From assembly GCA_963815095.1 (NCBI GenBank), contig CAWFFH010000003.1, forward strand, positions 384,001-448,000: a DNA stretch of 64,000 nt, given 5' to 3'. The translations under genes were made by a program, and so were the position numbers. This document shows, in pieces, positions 1 through 9,265 of this stretch. The stretch's first letter is position 1. Every line of letters starts with the position of its first letter. The notes under the pieces are model-generated. The model made no database searches. It was not told where the DNA came from and saw only the letters and a program-made list of their open reading frames with translations. This DNA comes from Candidatus Bathyarchaeota archaeon. GTDB lineage: Archaea; Thermoproteota; Bathyarchaeia; Bathyarchaeales; Bathycorpusculaceae.

Positions 1-1
1 A

Positions 2-301
2 AATCGATAGTAAACCAACGAACCCTAGTGCATAGAGGGATATCGCAATTAGAGTATCTGCTACGAATTGATTGCTGATGTCTGGGTACAGGAAGAAGAA
101 CTGTCCAGTTTGAGAATTGTAGTAAGACGTAATGGGATGATTAATTAGAGTAAAGAGACCTCCCCCGAAGAGGAATATTACGTAGGATATCCCAACAGCA
201 GTTACTATGAATGCCGTAGGTGCATTTGTGGTAAGCTTGCGGAACCATCGGCTAACCGAAAACGATACTTTCGAAGAGCTTTTCTTTATTGTTGTGGTCA
301 T
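2..301 (-). CDS. OST3/OST6-family (OSTC/DC2-like) oligosaccharyltransferase accessory subunit, runs off the left edge
   Basis: Not in the ORF track. Manual translation from ATG at 301: MTTTIKKSSSKVSFSVSRWFRKLTTNAPTAFIVTAVGISYVIFLFGGGLFTLINHPITSYYNSQTGQFFFLYPDISNQFVADTLIAISLYALGFVGLLSI. The pattern TM-GG-xx-I-xxP ... F-L ... xQF/Y-xx-D/E ... TM with G-xx-G matches OSTC/DC2 as I recall it. Confidence 0.7.
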   Translation of the reverse strand, partial: MTTTIKKSSSKVSFSVSRWFRKLTTNAPTAFIVTAVGISYVIFLFGGGLFTLINHPITSYYNSQTGQFFFLYPDISNQFVADTLIAISLYALGFVGLLSI

Positions 302-434
302 CTTCCGTTCCCATCCTCAATCAGGTACTTTGCTACTTCTTTACCCCATACTCCAGTTAATGAATTTTTCTGAATCCAATTAAATACTGACAGGTAAGAC
401 CAACGATTCGAAGGAGTTACAGTCAAATTAGTCA

Positions 435-1058
435 CTAAATTTTACTTGTTTTCCTCAGAATATTTTCTGCAATTTCCAGATCTTTTGTGGTGTTGATGTT
501 TAGAAGAACTTCGGTTTCCTCCGTAATTACAGCACTGGTTTCGATTTTGCCGTCACCTTGGATTTTGGTTCCGTTTATGATATTTACTCCTGAAACCGCG
601 AACCACTCACCTTTGTATTCATCAGTAGAGGAAATGGAAAGCCCCAAGTCCTGTCTTGTTTTTATAGGTACAAAAACGGCTAAAAAGTCTTTCCCACAGA
701 CCTCAAACTCGCTAATGATTTTGTCGAGGACCTGCCCTGTTATTGCTGGCACATCGGAAGGCATCGTGAGCAGTGGACCAGTCAAATTTGCCTTCGAAAC
801 TGCTTGTTTTAGGTCATTGTGGTAGCCTTTGGCGTCTGTGCGCAGAATCTTCCAACCCTTAGCTAAGCAGTGTTTTTCGGTTTCAGACGTGTTAGGGCTA
901 GTTACAATGTAAAACTCGGAAACGTTTTCAGCATCCAAGATTGCTGCGACAACCCAATCAATAAGAGCCTTGCCCAAAAACGGCAACAGCGGCTTCTCAG
1001 TAGGTAACCCCATGCGCGAACCTCTTCCGCCAGCCATAATCAAAGCAGGAATTTTCAT
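435..1058 (-). CDS. cobY: CobY-like NTP transferase (adenosylcobinamide-phosphate guanylyltransferase family), paralog 1
   Basis: ALIMAGGRGSRM..EKPLL, PSDVP and LLNINT..DL motifs; 4-nt overlap with the upstream cobS-like gene. Confidence 0.75.
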   Translation of the reverse strand: MKIPALIMAGGRGSRMGLPTEKPLLPFLGKALIDWVVAAILDAENVSEFYIVTSPNTSETEKHCLAKGWKILRTDAKGYHNDLKQAVSKANLTGPLLTMPSDVPAITGQVLDKIISEFEVCGKDFLAVFVPIKTRQDLGLSISSTDEYKGEWFAVSGVNIINGTKIQGDGKIETSAVITEETEVLLNINTTKDLEIAENILRKTSKI

Positions 1059-1888
1059 ATCAGAAGCAGCACCACCGCAAACAAAACCAACGTCGCAGCC
1101 CTTGCAACCTCGTTTGTTGCCCCAATCATGTCGCCCGAAACCCCGCCGAAAACACCCTCCGAAATTTTTTTCATGATAAACGCAACTGGAATGCTGACTA
1201 AAACTATGCTCACGGCCACTAATCCTAAAACAGGATTGCCGATAGCGTCAAAAAGTGGGAAGATCACCAAAATCGTAATTACGTAAGCAACTATGTTGAG
1301 TTTCTTTTTGGCTTTGGATAGAAAAATCGATCCTAACCCTTTATGGCTGGGTTTGCCTACCCAAACAATCGTTACCATCGCTAATTTAGCGGCAATTTCT
1401 GCGGCGATAACTGCACCAAAAGCAAATAATGGATTAACGACAAAGGACAGTCCTACAAATGCGGCAAACTCGACAACTAACGCTAAAATAGCTCCTGAAT
1501 AGGTTACCGTCCAAGCATGAGCAACCATTTTTCGGTCATGCACGTTCCGCAAACCAACTGCGTTGCCTAAGTCGATTAAGCCGTCGAAGTGTTGCAGACC
1601 AGTTATAACGCTTAGGAAAGCTATCGTCATGGCTGCTGGAAGTAAAGTTGGAAAAACCCATATTGGCAAACCTATGAGGTTGTGGATTAAATTCAACAAA
1701 AAGCCTACGATTATGCTTGAACCCGTAAGATATAATCCAGCAAGTAAACCGATGAAACCGCCGATTAACGGAAAAAGCCAAACGTTCTCTGCCGTTGTGA
1801 AAATGAAATCTTCTTTTCCCCCAACCGGAATTATGGTTAGGAAAGATAGCAAATCCCTAAAAGTTTTTATAGTTTTCACAGGCGACAT
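1055..1888 (-). CDS. cobS: CobS-family membrane protein (cobalamin-5'-phosphate synthase-like), divergent paralog 1
   Basis: FLTIIP, FPLIG, TGLQHFDGLID and GGVSGDMIGATNE motifs; multi-TM; some conserved Asp residues are replaced. Confidence 0.75.
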   Translation of the reverse strand: MSPVKTIKTFRDLLSFLTIIPVGGKEDFIFTTAENVWLFPLIGGFIGLLAGLYLTGSSIIVGFLLNLIHNLIGLPIWVFPTLLPAAMTIAFLSVITGLQHFDGLIDLGNAVGLRNVHDRKMVAHAWTVTYSGAILALVVEFAAFVGLSFVVNPLFAFGAVIAAEIAAKLAMVTIVWVGKPSHKGLGSIFLSKAKKKLNIVAYVITILVIFPLFDAIGNPVLGLVAVSIVLVSIPVAFIMKKISEGVFGGVSGDMIGATNEVARAATLVLFAVVLLLI

Positions 1889-1936
1889 ATACTTACAACC
1901 TTACTAATAGAGAATATAGGCTTTGTCGTGAATTAG

Positions 1937-2872
1937 ATGGCTGAATTGAAAGGAAAAAAAGTACTAGTTACTGGTGGAGCAGGCTTCATAGGCTACCACC
2001 TTTGCAGCAAACTATCAACTCTTACTGATGATTTAATGATTTATGATAACCTTTCAAGCGGCCTAACGAAAAATGTTAAGGATGTCCCCAAAGCCAGCTT
2101 TGTAAAAGGCGACATATTGGATATTAATACACTCTGCAACCTCCCTAAGAGCGATTTAATCTATCATTTAGCGGCACAAGTTGTGGTTGGTTACTCTATG
2201 GAGAACCCTCTTGTTGATTTTGAGACTAACGCTAAAGGCACACTTTGTGTTTTAGAAAAAGCCCGCAAAGATGATGCAAAAGTTGTGTTTGCATCTAGTG
2301 CCGCTGTCTATGGAAACCCGGCGGTCTTTCCAACTCCTGAATCATATGGTTTTCATCCATTTTCTTGTTATGGATTGTCCAAGGTGGTCGGCGAAGAATA
2401 CTGCCAAATGTACCGGGAACAATACGGCTTAGACATCGTAATTACGCGGTTCGCCAACGTTTATGGTTTGCGATGCCATGGCGTAATCCATGATTTCCTG
2501 GATAAACTAGCTAAGAATCCCAATAAACTTGAAATTATTGGTACTGGTCAGCAATGCCGCGATTTTGTGCATGTTTCTGATGTGGTTGAGGCTTTAGTTA
2601 AGGTAGGTTCAGAAGATTACGTTAATGGCGAAGTCTACAATTTGGGACTCGGCAAAACCACTTCAATAATCGAATTGGCCAAATTGATACTCACAATCCT
2701 TAATCTCCAAAACAAAACCGTCGTGACAACCACCGGCGTCTCCTGGCAAGGTGACGTAACCAAAATCTGGTTTGATATCTCCAAAGCCAAAAAAGATCTC
2801 AAATGGACGCCCAAGGTAACATTGGAAGATTCCATCAAAGAAGTCATCGCTGACAGGAAAATTAAGAAATGA
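1937..2872 (+). CDS. NAD-dependent nucleotide-sugar epimerase/dehydratase (extended SDR)
   Basis: TGGAGFIG, HLAA, SSAAVYG, YGLSK, RFANVYG and RDFVHV motifs. Confidence 0.9.
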   Translation: MAELKGKKVLVTGGAGFIGYHLCSKLSTLTDDLMIYDNLSSGLTKNVKDVPKASFVKGDILDINTLCNLPKSDLIYHLAAQVVVGYSMENPLVDFETNAKGTLCVLEKARKDDAKVVFASSAAVYGNPAVFPTPESYGFHPFSCYGLSKVVGEEYCQMYREQYGLDIVITRFANVYGLRCHGVIHDFLDKLAKNPNKLEIIGTGQQCRDFVHVSDVVEALVKVGSEDYVNGEVYNLGLGKTTSIIELAKLILTILNLQNKTVVTTTGVSWQGDVTKIWFDISKAKKDLKWTPKVTLEDSIKEVIADRKIKK

Positions 2873-3771
2873 ACGTTGCCGGGTCAGCTAGAGCTTTAGT
2901 TGCTTTGCTGCGGCTACCTTACTGGCTGATGACCGGCGGTTTGGCGGTGCTGACAGCATTTGCTATCCTAAAAGGCAACTTTTCAAATATACAAACCAGT
3001 GTTGGAATTTTGGATTTTGGTGTAGTTGTTCTTTTGACCTTTTTTTCTATGGCGTTCATCGCGTCGGCGGGATTCGCCATTAACGATTATTTTGACCACG
3101 AAAGTGACGCAATTATAAAACCAAAACGCCCCATCCCTTCAGGCGCCCTCACCTTAAAACAGGCTGTAGTGGTTACGGGCGTGCTTTTTGCGTTAGGTTT
3201 AGTTTTGTCGGCAATTATAAATTGGCTAAGTTTTGCCATCATAGCCTTGGATTCGCTTCTGCTCTTGGTTTACTCCTACATGGTGAAACGGAAATCGGGG
3301 TTCGCCGCTAATTTACTAATGGGCATATTAACGGGAACAGCTTTCATTTTTGGGCAAGCAACCGTTACGGGCACTATAACGCTAGTTTCTTTGAGCCTAT
3401 ACCCAATTGCGTTTGGCACAATCGGCGGCAATATTCTCCGTGACGTTTTAAGTATGGAAGGAGACGCAAAAGTCGGTTATCCCACATTGCCCCAGAAAAT
3501 CGGCGCAGTTAGCGCAGCTAAAGTCGGCGGAATATTCTTTCTTTTAACTGGCTTACTTTCGCCTCTTCCCTTTCTCATAGGAAACTTTACGGTGTATTAT
3601 TTGCCGTTGATTCTTTTATGGAGTGTTCTTTTAATCTACTCGTCTATACGTCTGTTCGCGTCAAGTTCAACCATAGAAGATATACGCAAGTATGAACGGT
3701 TGGTAACGATGTCAATGATGCTGTTGCCGCTTGCACTCATCGTTGAGGCTATCTTTGGATGGTTAATATGA
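2869..3771 (+). CDS. UbiA-family prenyltransferase, DGGGP synthase-like
   Basis: INDYFDHESD..KPKRPIPSG first Asp-rich motif; RDVLSMEGD...TLP second motif; 8-9 TM helices; ATGA overlaps with both neighbours. Confidence 0.8.
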   Translation: MNVAGSARALVALLRLPYWLMTGGLAVLTAFAILKGNFSNIQTSVGILDFGVVVLLTFFSMAFIASAGFAINDYFDHESDAIIKPKRPIPSGALTLKQAVVVTGVLFALGLVLSAIINWLSFAIIALDSLLLLVYSYMVKRKSGFAANLLMGILTGTAFIFGQATVTGTITLVSLSLYPIAFGTIGGNILRDVLSMEGDAKVGYPTLPQKIGAVSAAKVGGIFFLLTGLLSPLPFLIGNFTVYYLPLILLWSVLLIYSSIRLFASSSTIEDIRKYERLVTMSMMLLPLALIVEAIFGWLI

Positions 3772-5234
3772 GTGAAACCAAAAGCATTTGTCCCGAATGC
3801 CAAAAGAAAATAGATGCCCAACTGCGAGAGTCCAACGGCAAAATTCAAATCACCAAACTATGCCCTGAACATGGCGAATTCAAAGCCACACACTGGCAAA
3901 GTACCCCAATCTACAATCACATGCAAAAATATGATCAATTCCAGTACCTTGGTGACCTTAACGCGCCAAAAAACCCCGATGGGTGTCCTTACAAATGTGA
4001 AACCTGCACCGAGCACGCGTCAGGCACGGTCATTGGCGTAATTGACGTAACTAAACGGTGTAATTTCAGGTGTGCAGTTTGCTTCTCTACTTTTCCAGAT
4101 CAAGAAGCAGATTATGAACCCACCAAAGAAGCTCTTATAAAAATGCTGGAGTTCGCAAGCAAAGCCAGCCCTAAACCGCCAGCAATTCTGTTCTCAGGCG
4201 GCGAACCCCTCGAACGCGAAGATATGCCTGAAATCATCGCAGTTGCTCATAAATTGAAATTCATGACTATCCTGGCAACCAATGGAACTCATTTGGTTGA
4301 CACCCCGGGATTAGCTAAGAAACTCAAAGATAACGGCTTAAACATTGTTTATTTATCGTTTGACAGCTTCCATGAAGACTTTAATAGGAAAATTAGGGGC
4401 CGAGAACTCTTAGATATGAAGCTTAAGGCCATCGATGTTTGCCGCACCTACGACATGGAAATTATCCTCGTCAATACATTAATGAAAAGTCTAAATGACA
4501 ACGAAGTCGGCGACATGATCAAGTTTGCATCTCAAAACACCGACATCGTCCGCGGCTTAATCTTTCAACCTATCGCCTTCACTGGCAGAGCCACTGAGAA
4601 CCCGTTCCGCGAAAACTTCCGTGAATGGAGCTTTGCTGAGGACGTGGAAAAGCAAACTCATGGCGAAATAAAGTCAACCGACCTATATCCGATGTCGGTT
4701 ATGACTTCTCCAATTAAGATTATGCGTAAATTCATGCAGAAGCCCTGGCCGCTATTTTCATGCAGTCCGCAGTGCGGCATAGTAAACTGGGTTTACGTGT
4801 CGAAAAGTGGCAAAATGTTCCCAATTAATCGCTTTGTAAACTTCGATCGCTTCTTCAACAGCATCCGAAAAACCGCTGAAAACGCCGAGTCCAAAGGAAA
4901 AATGTCCCTGCTCTCATCGCTGTTCATGGCATCGATGTTGTCCATGGACATGTTTCTTGTGACAAAAGAAGTTGGCATGCCAACCCTTATGAAATCAATA
5001 ATGCGAATGCACCTTGCACCATCCTACCAGTCGCTGGGCAAAATCCGCAGAAGAATCTTCCTTTTGGGTTGCATGGCGTTCATGGATTCCTACAACTTCG
5101 ACGTTAACCGTGTCCGCCGATGCGTCGTCCACTACATTACACCAGACCTGAAAATTATTCCGTTCTGCGCCTACAACAACGTCCACCGGGTCGCCATCGA
5201 AAAAGCATACGCTGAAAGACACAAGAAAACTTAA
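3768..5234 (+). CDS. tes: Tetraether lipid synthase (Tes/GDGT-MAS, MJ0619 family)-like radical SAM enzyme
   Basis: N-terminal CPEC...CPEHG metal site; CPYKCETCTEH auxiliary cluster; CNFRCAVC radical SAM motif; QPIAFTGR; C-terminal CMAFMDSYNFDVNRVRRCVVHY...IIPFCAYN. Start placed at the ATG overlapping the UbiA stop. Confidence 0.8.
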   Translation: MSETKSICPECQKKIDAQLRESNGKIQITKLCPEHGEFKATHWQSTPIYNHMQKYDQFQYLGDLNAPKNPDGCPYKCETCTEHASGTVIGVIDVTKRCNFRCAVCFSTFPDQEADYEPTKEALIKMLEFASKASPKPPAILFSGGEPLEREDMPEIIAVAHKLKFMTILATNGTHLVDTPGLAKKLKDNGLNIVYLSFDSFHEDFNRKIRGRELLDMKLKAIDVCRTYDMEIILVNTLMKSLNDNEVGDMIKFASQNTDIVRGLIFQPIAFTGRATENPFRENFREWSFAEDVEKQTHGEIKSTDLYPMSVMTSPIKIMRKFMQKPWPLFSCSPQCGIVNWVYVSKSGKMFPINRFVNFDRFFNSIRKTAENAESKGKMSLLSSLFMASMLSMDMFLVTKEVGMPTLMKSIMRMHLAPSYQSLGKIRRRIFLLGCMAFMDSYNFDVNRVRRCVVHYITPDLKIIPFCAYNNVHRVAIEKAYAERHKKT

Positions 5235-5326
5235 CAACCATAGTCTCAACAGTTTTTTCTCAACTATTAACTATGAAAACGGCCATCGAACTACCCCTCA
5301 TAAGGGTTTGCGAGTTGGTCAAAAGT

Positions 5327-5848
5327 TTAGTCTATCACTTGGAGGTTTAGGACACAGTAATCCTCAGTAAAAACGAGCGCGCCATCTTTGTGTTGCCAGA
5401 GTTCAAAAACCACCGAGTAAATTCCAACTTGGTTCTCCGTCACTGTTACCGCGTTTTCTACGGCTTTTCCGTTGTTGTTTAAGTTACCCGTTTCAATGGT
5501 TTGGTTGGGCTGGGCGTCAACTGGGAATGTGGAGAGGTTTTGAGTGATTTTTACTTGAATTTGATAACTGGCTGCTTGGTCCATGTGATTTTCTACAGCC
5601 ACATACACTTTGAAAGTGCTGTTCTGGTTAGCGACTAAAACTTCCGGGTAGTCAACGGCTCTGTTTTGAGCATCCAGCAAGTAGATTGTGTTATATGATT
5701 CAGCCTGCGGTTTAAGCACAAAATAGTATCCTGCAATTGTGGCGGAAACGATAAGTAACGCAAGAAAAATGGCAACTGCGAAGCCTTTTTCCTCATTTAA
5801 ACCGATTTTGTTTCCAATTCTCTTGGCACTTTCTAAACGTATCCGCAT
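5327..5848 (-). CDS. DUF1616-like membrane-anchored protein
   Basis: N-terminal TM helix then YLLDAQNRAVDYP..L..N...VYVAVENH; beta-rich extracellular domain. Start uncertain (ATG 5848 chosen; ORF open to 5884). Confidence 0.6.
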   Translation of the reverse strand: MRIRLESAKRIGNKIGLNEEKGFAVAIFLALLIVSATIAGYYFVLKPQAESYNTIYLLDAQNRAVDYPEVLVANQNSTFKVYVAVENHMDQAASYQIQVKITQNLSTFPVDAQPNQTIETGNLNNNGKAVENAVTVTENQVGIYSVVFELWQHKDGALVFTEDYCVLNLQVID

Positions 5849-6527
5849 CCAAAAATCCTCTAAACATAGTGCTGAATATCTCAATTCCAGACTTAAATCT
5901 TCTCAATTTAGGCCTCCCATACTTACGGGTTTTGTAAGTGGTGGGAACCTCAATCATGCTGTAGCCTTCCTTGGCAAATTGGATAAGCATCTCCGTTGCA
6001 TAAGCCATATCGTATGCTTTGAGTTCCACATTGTTGATGGCTTCATGCGATATTGCCCTAAAACCTGATTGGGTATCGCTGAGGAATTGGCTGAAGAAGA
6101 AATCGTAGAAGGTTGTGATTACTTTATTGCCGATGAAATTCATCAGTCCCATGGCTTTGTTGGGGTCGTACATGCGGGTAGCTAAAACCATATCGGCGTC
6201 TTTTTCTACCATCTTTGCAATCATGCGGTTGATATGACGTACCTCGTAGGTTCCGTCGCCGTCAACCATTATAATAATGTTGCCTTTGGCGTTTTTCATG
6301 CCGGTCATTAACGCTAAACCATAGCCCCGTCGGGGTTCTATGATGAGTCTGCAATAGCCTAGGCTTTGAACGATTTCTTTGGTGCCATCTGTAGAGTTGC
6401 CGTCAACCACAATAATTTCCTTAGGATAGGAGAGGTCGTTGTGGATAGTAGATATTGCTTCCAGAATGTTTCCTGCTTCGTTTAGTGTTGGAATTACCAC
6501 CGAAACCATTTCAACTTTTGACGTCAT
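5793..6527 (-). CDS. GT2 glycosyltransferase, dolichol-phosphate mannose synthase-like
   Basis: SVVIPTLNE, VVDGNSTDGT, MVDGDGTY and DTQSGFRA motifs. Confidence 0.88.
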   Translation of the reverse strand: MTSKVEMVSVVIPTLNEAGNILEAISTIHNDLSYPKEIIVVDGNSTDGTKEIVQSLGYCRLIIEPRRGYGLALMTGMKNAKGNIIIMVDGDGTYEVRHINRMIAKMVEKDADMVLATRMYDPNKAMGLMNFIGNKVITTFYDFFFSQFLSDTQSGFRAISHEAINNVELKAYDMAYATEMLIQFAKEGYSMIEVPTTYKTRKYGRPKLRRFKSGIEIFSTMFRGFLDADTFRKCQENWKQNRFK

Positions 6528-6572
6528 CAGCTAACTTCCATTTCAAAGGGCTAATATGTTTCCGTTACATGG

Positions 6573-7766
6573 TTAAATAAGCTCTTCGTATATATCGACG
6601 AGGCTTTCAACGTTTGCATCCCAACTAAACTTCTCTTCCATCAAGGCGCGAAGCTCTTTTTTGCGTGAAGAGAAATCAAGAGCTGCAAAACCTAAGATTG
6701 CCTTTGCAAGCAACTGTGGCTGACTAGGCGGAACCAGTTTTCCATAATCCTCCATCAACACTTCTCTTATTCCCCCCACGTCAGTAGCTACAACTGGTAT
6801 TGCACAAGCCATGGCTTCGAGTGCAACCAAAGGCAATCCTTCACCAGACTTTGAAGGTAAAACAAACATGTCCGCGGCATTGTAATAGAAAGGTAAATCC
6901 TCATCACTGACAAAGCCTGCAAGCCTAAAATTCGTTTCAAGTCCCAACTCTTGAATTTTTAATTTAACGTTGTCGGAATCAGGACCTTTCCCAACAGCTA
7001 AAAACATTATTCGTGGGTTCTTCTTAATTGCAATATTGGCGCTGTCGATTAATGTATCAATGCCGTTCTTATAGACAAGCCGCCTTACTGTTAAAACAAG
7101 GATGGCGTCTTGCGGTATCCCCAGTTTTTTCCGCATTTCTTCGCGTTTTCCAGGGATGAGTCGAAACCTTGCTAAGTCAACGCCGTTATAGATGACCTTT
7201 ACTTTCGACGGTTTGGCACCTAACCTAAGAACATAATCTTTTGTAGCGTTACTAATTGCGATTATTTTATCGGCGTTTTGAAGGTTTTGTTTTCCCACAG
7301 TAAAGTCATTTAATCTTTCAACATTGTCAAAAATGTTATTGTATTCTATGAAAGTATTGTGTTGAGTGAGAACGAAAGGTTTGGAGTACAGTTTGGCAAG
7401 TCTTCCCGCAAGGAGCGAAGTTAGGTATGGGTGTCCATGAGCGTGGACTATCTTGCTTTTGTTCACTGCTTTTAGAAAAGTTGGAAAACTTGCAATGGTT
7501 GGAATCGAATATGGAATCCCAAGGCGAAAACCAGTGTTGAGCGATTCATAGCATTCAACGTTTACGCCGTCAACCACATAATTTTTTGGTGTACCAATTC
7601 TGTTAGTTACAATTAAAGGTTCAAAATCGCTTATCTGCAACAGACGCTTGCTTTGTTCATTAACCACCTTTTCTATACCGCCAACATGCGGCAGAAAAGT
7701 GTGTGTTACAATGCAAAGCCGTGTTTGAACCATGGAAGCCCAACAGAGTATTTCCTCAATCGACAA
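6573..7766 (-). CDS. GT4 glycosyltransferase
   Basis: GGIE, IYNGVD, KNGID, EGLPLVALEAMAC and TDVGG motifs. Confidence 0.9.
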   Translation of the reverse strand: MSIEEILCWASMVQTRLCIVTHTFLPHVGGIEKVVNEQSKRLLQISDFEPLIVTNRIGTPKNYVVDGVNVECYESLNTGFRLGIPYSIPTIASFPTFLKAVNKSKIVHAHGHPYLTSLLAGRLAKLYSKPFVLTQHNTFIEYNNIFDNVERLNDFTVGKQNLQNADKIIAISNATKDYVLRLGAKPSKVKVIYNGVDLARFRLIPGKREEMRKKLGIPQDAILVLTVRRLVYKNGIDTLIDSANIAIKKNPRIMFLAVGKGPDSDNVKLKIQELGLETNFRLAGFVSDEDLPFYYNAADMFVLPSKSGEGLPLVALEAMACAIPVVATDVGGIREVLMEDYGKLVPPSQPQLLAKAILGFAALDFSSRKKELRALMEEKFSWDANVESLVDIYEELI

Positions 7767-7803
7767 GGTATTATAATCTTATGGTAAAAAGCAAAAAGAG
7801 AGG

Positions 7804-8289
7804 TTAAGGGTTAACTTGTGCGCTTTTTGTTGCGCGAGTATAAACGTTTGATGATGCGCCTGCAACTAAAGCACCTATAGCATCGTTTGTTAAAGACCCC
7901 AATGTCTTTAGAATTCCTGGTTTGGCTTGGTCAAAGCGTACATACTCAAAGACTCCTCTGGTTCCGCCGATGTAGGTGGCTATTGCCAACCCCAAGATTT
8001 CGTCTGCGACAGGTCCAGGTCTTCCTCTAAATCTTTCTTGTGTCAATCCAGGAATTAGTCCCTTTTCTGCTTGTTCTTGCACAGAAAAAGCAGCAACTTC
8101 CAGCATAGAGACATTAACGTCAGATAGGATGTCAAGTAATTCTTCTTTGAGCATTTCTGTGGCTTTTTCTTCGGTTTCGATTCCTGGGTGGGGAACGTAC
8201 ATTTCGAGGGCGCAGTCGATTAGGCTTTGTAGAGTGATGCCTTTGTCTTCGAGGTAAATTAGTAGAGGTGGAGGAGTTGATTTGTTCAT
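7804..8289 (-). CDS. cobZ: Archaeal alpha-ribazole-phosphate phosphatase CobZ (PgpA-like)
   Basis: MYVPHPG, DVNV, VADEILGLAIATYIGGTRGVFEYVRFDQAKPGIL and DAIGALVAG motifs; cob gene context. Confidence 0.75.
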   Translation of the reverse strand: MNKSTPPPLLIYLEDKGITLQSLIDCALEMYVPHPGIETEEKATEMLKEELLDILSDVNVSMLEVAAFSVQEQAEKGLIPGLTQERFRGRPGPVADEILGLAIATYIGGTRGVFEYVRFDQAKPGILKTLGSLTNDAIGALVAGASSNVYTRATKSAQVNP

Positions 8290-8586
8290 TTGGTTCAACC
8301 TTCTTTTTTAAGAGCAGAGTTTGTTTTAAGTGTTGTGAAGGGTTTCACCTTAACAATTATATGAAAAGAATGGATAAACCAACAAAGCAATTAGATTGAT
8401 GATTTGCTGAACATTAAGTAAAATGTCAATATTTCGTTAAAAGTTTTAGTAGTTGACGGATTAAGCTATTGTTTGCACAGTTAATGGGCAGTTTTTTATA
8501 CAAGTGTATCCACAGTAAATAAATACATGTTCGCCCCAAACCAATAAAATAACAAATTGTGGGTGAACCCCCTAGGAGGAAAATTT

Positions 8587-9261
8587 ATGAAAGTTGTTGC
8601 TTCATGGAGCGGCGGAAAAGACAGCGCCTACGCATATTACTTGGCAACCCAACATGACCACCAAGTCATAAACCTACTCACTATGATGATGAATAAATCT
8701 AAATCAAACTTCCACATGATACCCTCAGGCATCCTCGATGCCCAGGCACAAGCAATAGGGATCCCCCTCATTAAAAAGACCACATCAGCGGCAACCTACG
8801 AAAAAGACTTCAAAGCCGTACTGACACAATGCAAAACTCAGGGCGCAGAAGGCTTAGTCACAGGCGACATCTACGAAGTCGCTGGACACGAAGAAGGCTG
8901 GCTTGGACGCATCTGCAAAGAAGTTGGATTAACCCCCGTCAAGCCCCTATGGATGGGCGACACAAAATTAATCTATCTTGCCTACCTCAAAACCGGGTTT
9001 AGGGCAACTGTGGTACGTACCAACAGGGAGCTCAGTCTCGAGTGGCTCGGACGAGAGTTAGACCGCAAATTCTATGATGACATTCTAAAACTGCCCGGCG
9101 TAGATCCTTGCGGCGAAGGCGGCGAATATCACACTGTCATCACCGATGGACCTGACTTCAAACAGAAAGTCGAACTGCTTGAGACAGAAAAGAAACGCTT
9201 AGATAATGGCTTTGGATACTTAGAAATCAAGAATTACAAAGTAACCCCAAAGCAAGGCTGA
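8587..9261 (+). CDS. Diphthine-ammonia ligase (Dph6)-like PP-loop ATP pyrophosphatase
   Basis: SWSGGKDS, GDI, PLW and DPCGEGGEYHT motifs; GGAGG Shine-Dalgarno upstream of ATG 8587; first gene of the cobT-cobS-cobY run. Confidence 0.85.
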   Translation: MKVVASWSGGKDSAYAYYLATQHDHQVINLLTMMMNKSKSNFHMIPSGILDAQAQAIGIPLIKKTTSAATYEKDFKAVLTQCKTQGAEGLVTGDIYEVAGHEEGWLGRICKEVGLTPVKPLWMGDTKLIYLAYLKTGFRATVVRTNRELSLEWLGRELDRKFYDDILKLPGVDPCGEGGEYHTVITDGPDFKQKVELLETEKKRLDNGFGYLEIKNYKVTPKQG

Positions 9262-9265
9262 AAAC

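Noticed and set aside
8299-8586. Possible cobalamin riboswitch between cobZ and the cobT operon
   Set aside because: AT-rich, with no B12-box or GGGAA core recognisable; looks like an ordinary divergent promoter.
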